Below are positions 50,665 through 52,148 of a stretch of 52,148 nt of DNA, piece after piece. Positions within the stretch are counted from its first letter, which is position 1. Every line of letters begins with the position of its first letter. The stretch covers positions 1 through 52,148 of the forward strand of contig CAXBME010000041.1 of NCBI GenBank assembly GCA_963976765.1, in the 5' to 3' direction. The notes under the pieces were generated by a model. The model saw nothing but the letters and a program-made list of their open reading frames with translations. It searched no databases and was not told the DNA's origin. The translations under genes were made by a program, and so were the position numbers. Source of the stretch: an uncultured Planctomycetaceae bacterium. Its GTDB lineage: Bacteria > Planctomycetota > Planctomycetia > Planctomycetales > Planctomycetaceae.

Positions 50665-51612
50665 ATGGCGGGCCAGCCTCGGAAACATCATTACGTCCCG
50701 CAGTTCTACCTAGCTGGCTTCACTAAGGACGACAGCAAGGAAGGGAGGCTCTACGTCCTCGACAAGGAACAAAGAAAATCTTGGCCTAGCACTCCCAAGG
50801 GAACTGCTCACAAGCGAGATTTTCACAAGATCGAGGGGGAATCGGGCATTGATCCGATGTCGGTGGAGAAATCTCTCTCGCAATTGGAAGGCCAATGGAG
50901 TGCTTCTCTCAAAACCGTTATCGAGAAGAGGTCGCTGCCCGAGGACGAAGTTTTTGCCGACTTGATGGTGTTCGTGGCATTCATGGCCGTCCGAGTGTTG
51001 AGGGTTCGAGACATCTTATCGGATTTCATCGACCGAGTATCGAAAGCAGAGATTCAGTTGATGCTCGCAACACAGGAAGGGCAGGAGCATTTCCGAAGTA
51101 CGCTTGCAGATTTGGGACACGAGATGTCGGACGAGGACTTTGAGCAGTTGGTTGCGTTCGGGCAGAGCGACGACTACGCCGTCAATTACGAGCAGACATG
51201 GCATGTGCAAGAGATGATCCACATGGCGGCCACACTTGCGCCGCTGCTCAGCTTGCGTAAGTGGCAACTGTGGATTGCCGATGAAACAGCCCCCGATCTC
51301 ATTTGCTCGGACAGCCCGGTGGCACCGACATGGGCCGTGCCGATGCCGGTGCCAGTGTCACCTGCGTTTGGGACACCGAACACGATTGTCAGCGTCCCGC
51401 TCAACCGACGCATGGCGATGGTATCGATGATCGAAGAAGAACTGCCCGCTTCCACTCTCGACCGAGAAGGAGTTGCTGCGGTCAACTCGATGACGGCGAT
51501 GTACGCAAACCAACTCTACTCGTCGGAGGAGGATTCTGTCTGGACGATGAAGGACTCACGGGTAGGTGATTCGGCTCAACTGCTGGACGCCTTGAGGAAG
51601 CAAGAGGCGTAG
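50665..51612 (+). CDS. DUF4238-like protein
   Basis: RKHHYVPQFYLAGF N-terminus and ICSDSPV...VPLN motif. Confidence 0.85.
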   Translation: MAGQPRKHHYVPQFYLAGFTKDDSKEGRLYVLDKEQRKSWPSTPKGTAHKRDFHKIEGESGIDPMSVEKSLSQLEGQWSASLKTVIEKRSLPEDEVFADLMVFVAFMAVRVLRVRDILSDFIDRVSKAEIQLMLATQEGQEHFRSTLADLGHEMSDEDFEQLVAFGQSDDYAVNYEQTWHVQEMIHMAATLAPLLSLRKWQLWIADETAPDLICSDSPVAPTWAVPMPVPVSPAFGTPNTIVSVPLNRRMAMVSMIEEELPASTLDREGVAAVNSMTAMYANQLYSSEEDSVWTMKDSRVGDSAQLLDALRKQEA

Positions 51613-51615
51613 CAC

Positions 51616-52107
51616 ATGGCGACCATCTCCGAAGTAGCCCGCATGTTCGACGTAGATCGGGATACCGTACTCCACTGGACTTTTAAGTTTGCCGACCATT
51701 TGGGCAGAAAGGCGACAATGCCCAAAGGTGAGCCACGGCAGTTCAGCGAGAGTGACCTGCGTGTGCTGGCCCTCGTGTTTTACTATTGGGAAGACGATCC
51801 AGACTACGAACACATCCATGCGATGCTGAACAGCGGTGACCACGAGAGTGAAGTCTTCATCGAACACGCTCAGTTACACACTCCGATCTTTCAGGAAATA
51901 CCCGAAGAAATCGACGAAACGTGGCAGCACGGAGCCGTCATTGGCGGGATCGCATTCCGTGACCGACGACAAGTGGCAAGATCGTACAAACTGGCCGCAG
52001 ATGAACTGGTCGGACTTGCGCTGACGAAGCACGAGCCACACGAGTTGGACTTCCCGATTCTCTATTTGTACCGGCACACCGTTGAGCTTTACTGGCTCAT
52101 CCGGTAA
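51616..52107 (+). CDS. MerR-type HTH fused to a probably truncated HEPN-like helical domain
   Basis: ISEVARMFDV...GEPRQFSESDL; ends abruptly after PILYLYRHTVELY. Confidence 0.6.
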   Translation: MATISEVARMFDVDRDTVLHWTFKFADHLGRKATMPKGEPRQFSESDLRVLALVFYYWEDDPDYEHIHAMLNSGDHESEVFIEHAQLHTPIFQEIPEEIDETWQHGAVIGGIAFRDRRQVARSYKLAADELVGLALTKHEPHELDFPILYLYRHTVELYWLIR

Positions 52108-52148
52108 GTCGGGGCTGTTGGTTGTGAAGAGCGGACATGCTGATTTCA

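Noticed and set aside
52090..52148. IS terminal inverted repeat
   Set aside because: Only about 55 bp are visible, with no partner repeat or transposase in the window, so it cannot be supported.

Overview
The window looks like accessory DNA, probably from a Planctomycete (inferred from the ECF sigma/Ser-Thr kinase pair and GYF-like and beta-barrel proteins). It appears to be a stack of integrative elements at a tRNA-Pro(GGG) locus. At the left, an atypical tyrosine integrase points away from a displaced tRNA-Pro 3' half (about 1773-1818). Two large serine recombinase (LSR) genes follow, the first ending inside the tRNA T-loop. Cargo includes an ECF sigma/kinase pair, a TetR-controlled RND efflux/P450/hydrolase operon, a small resolvase and a GNAT-like/2OG-Fe(II) oxygenase fusion. 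The core has an AlpA-like HTH gene, a Prim-Pol/P4-type primase-helicase, an iteron-rich origin and an ArdC-led array of about 14 small genes; no relaxase, T4SS or capsid genes are visible. The right part is a defence island: HNH and Zn-finger/HEPN-like genes divergent from an XRE-ImmA/IrrE pair, type I RM with an inserted AlbA_2 gene, a YgjP-like protease and a DUF4238-like gene. The most striking unexplained signal is a polarised ~10-nt motif, RACACCCGYA. By hand count it occurs 18 times in one orientation over 20.2-29.5 kb, mostly 20-50 nt upstream of start codons, often fused to the previous stop codon and followed by SD-masking or terminator-like hairpins. Also notable are a possible 1.6-kb recombinase-only unit whose excision would rewrite the LSR C-terminus, and a ~180-nt nested hairpin after ardC. 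All family assignments come from motif recognition by eye; no database searches were run.
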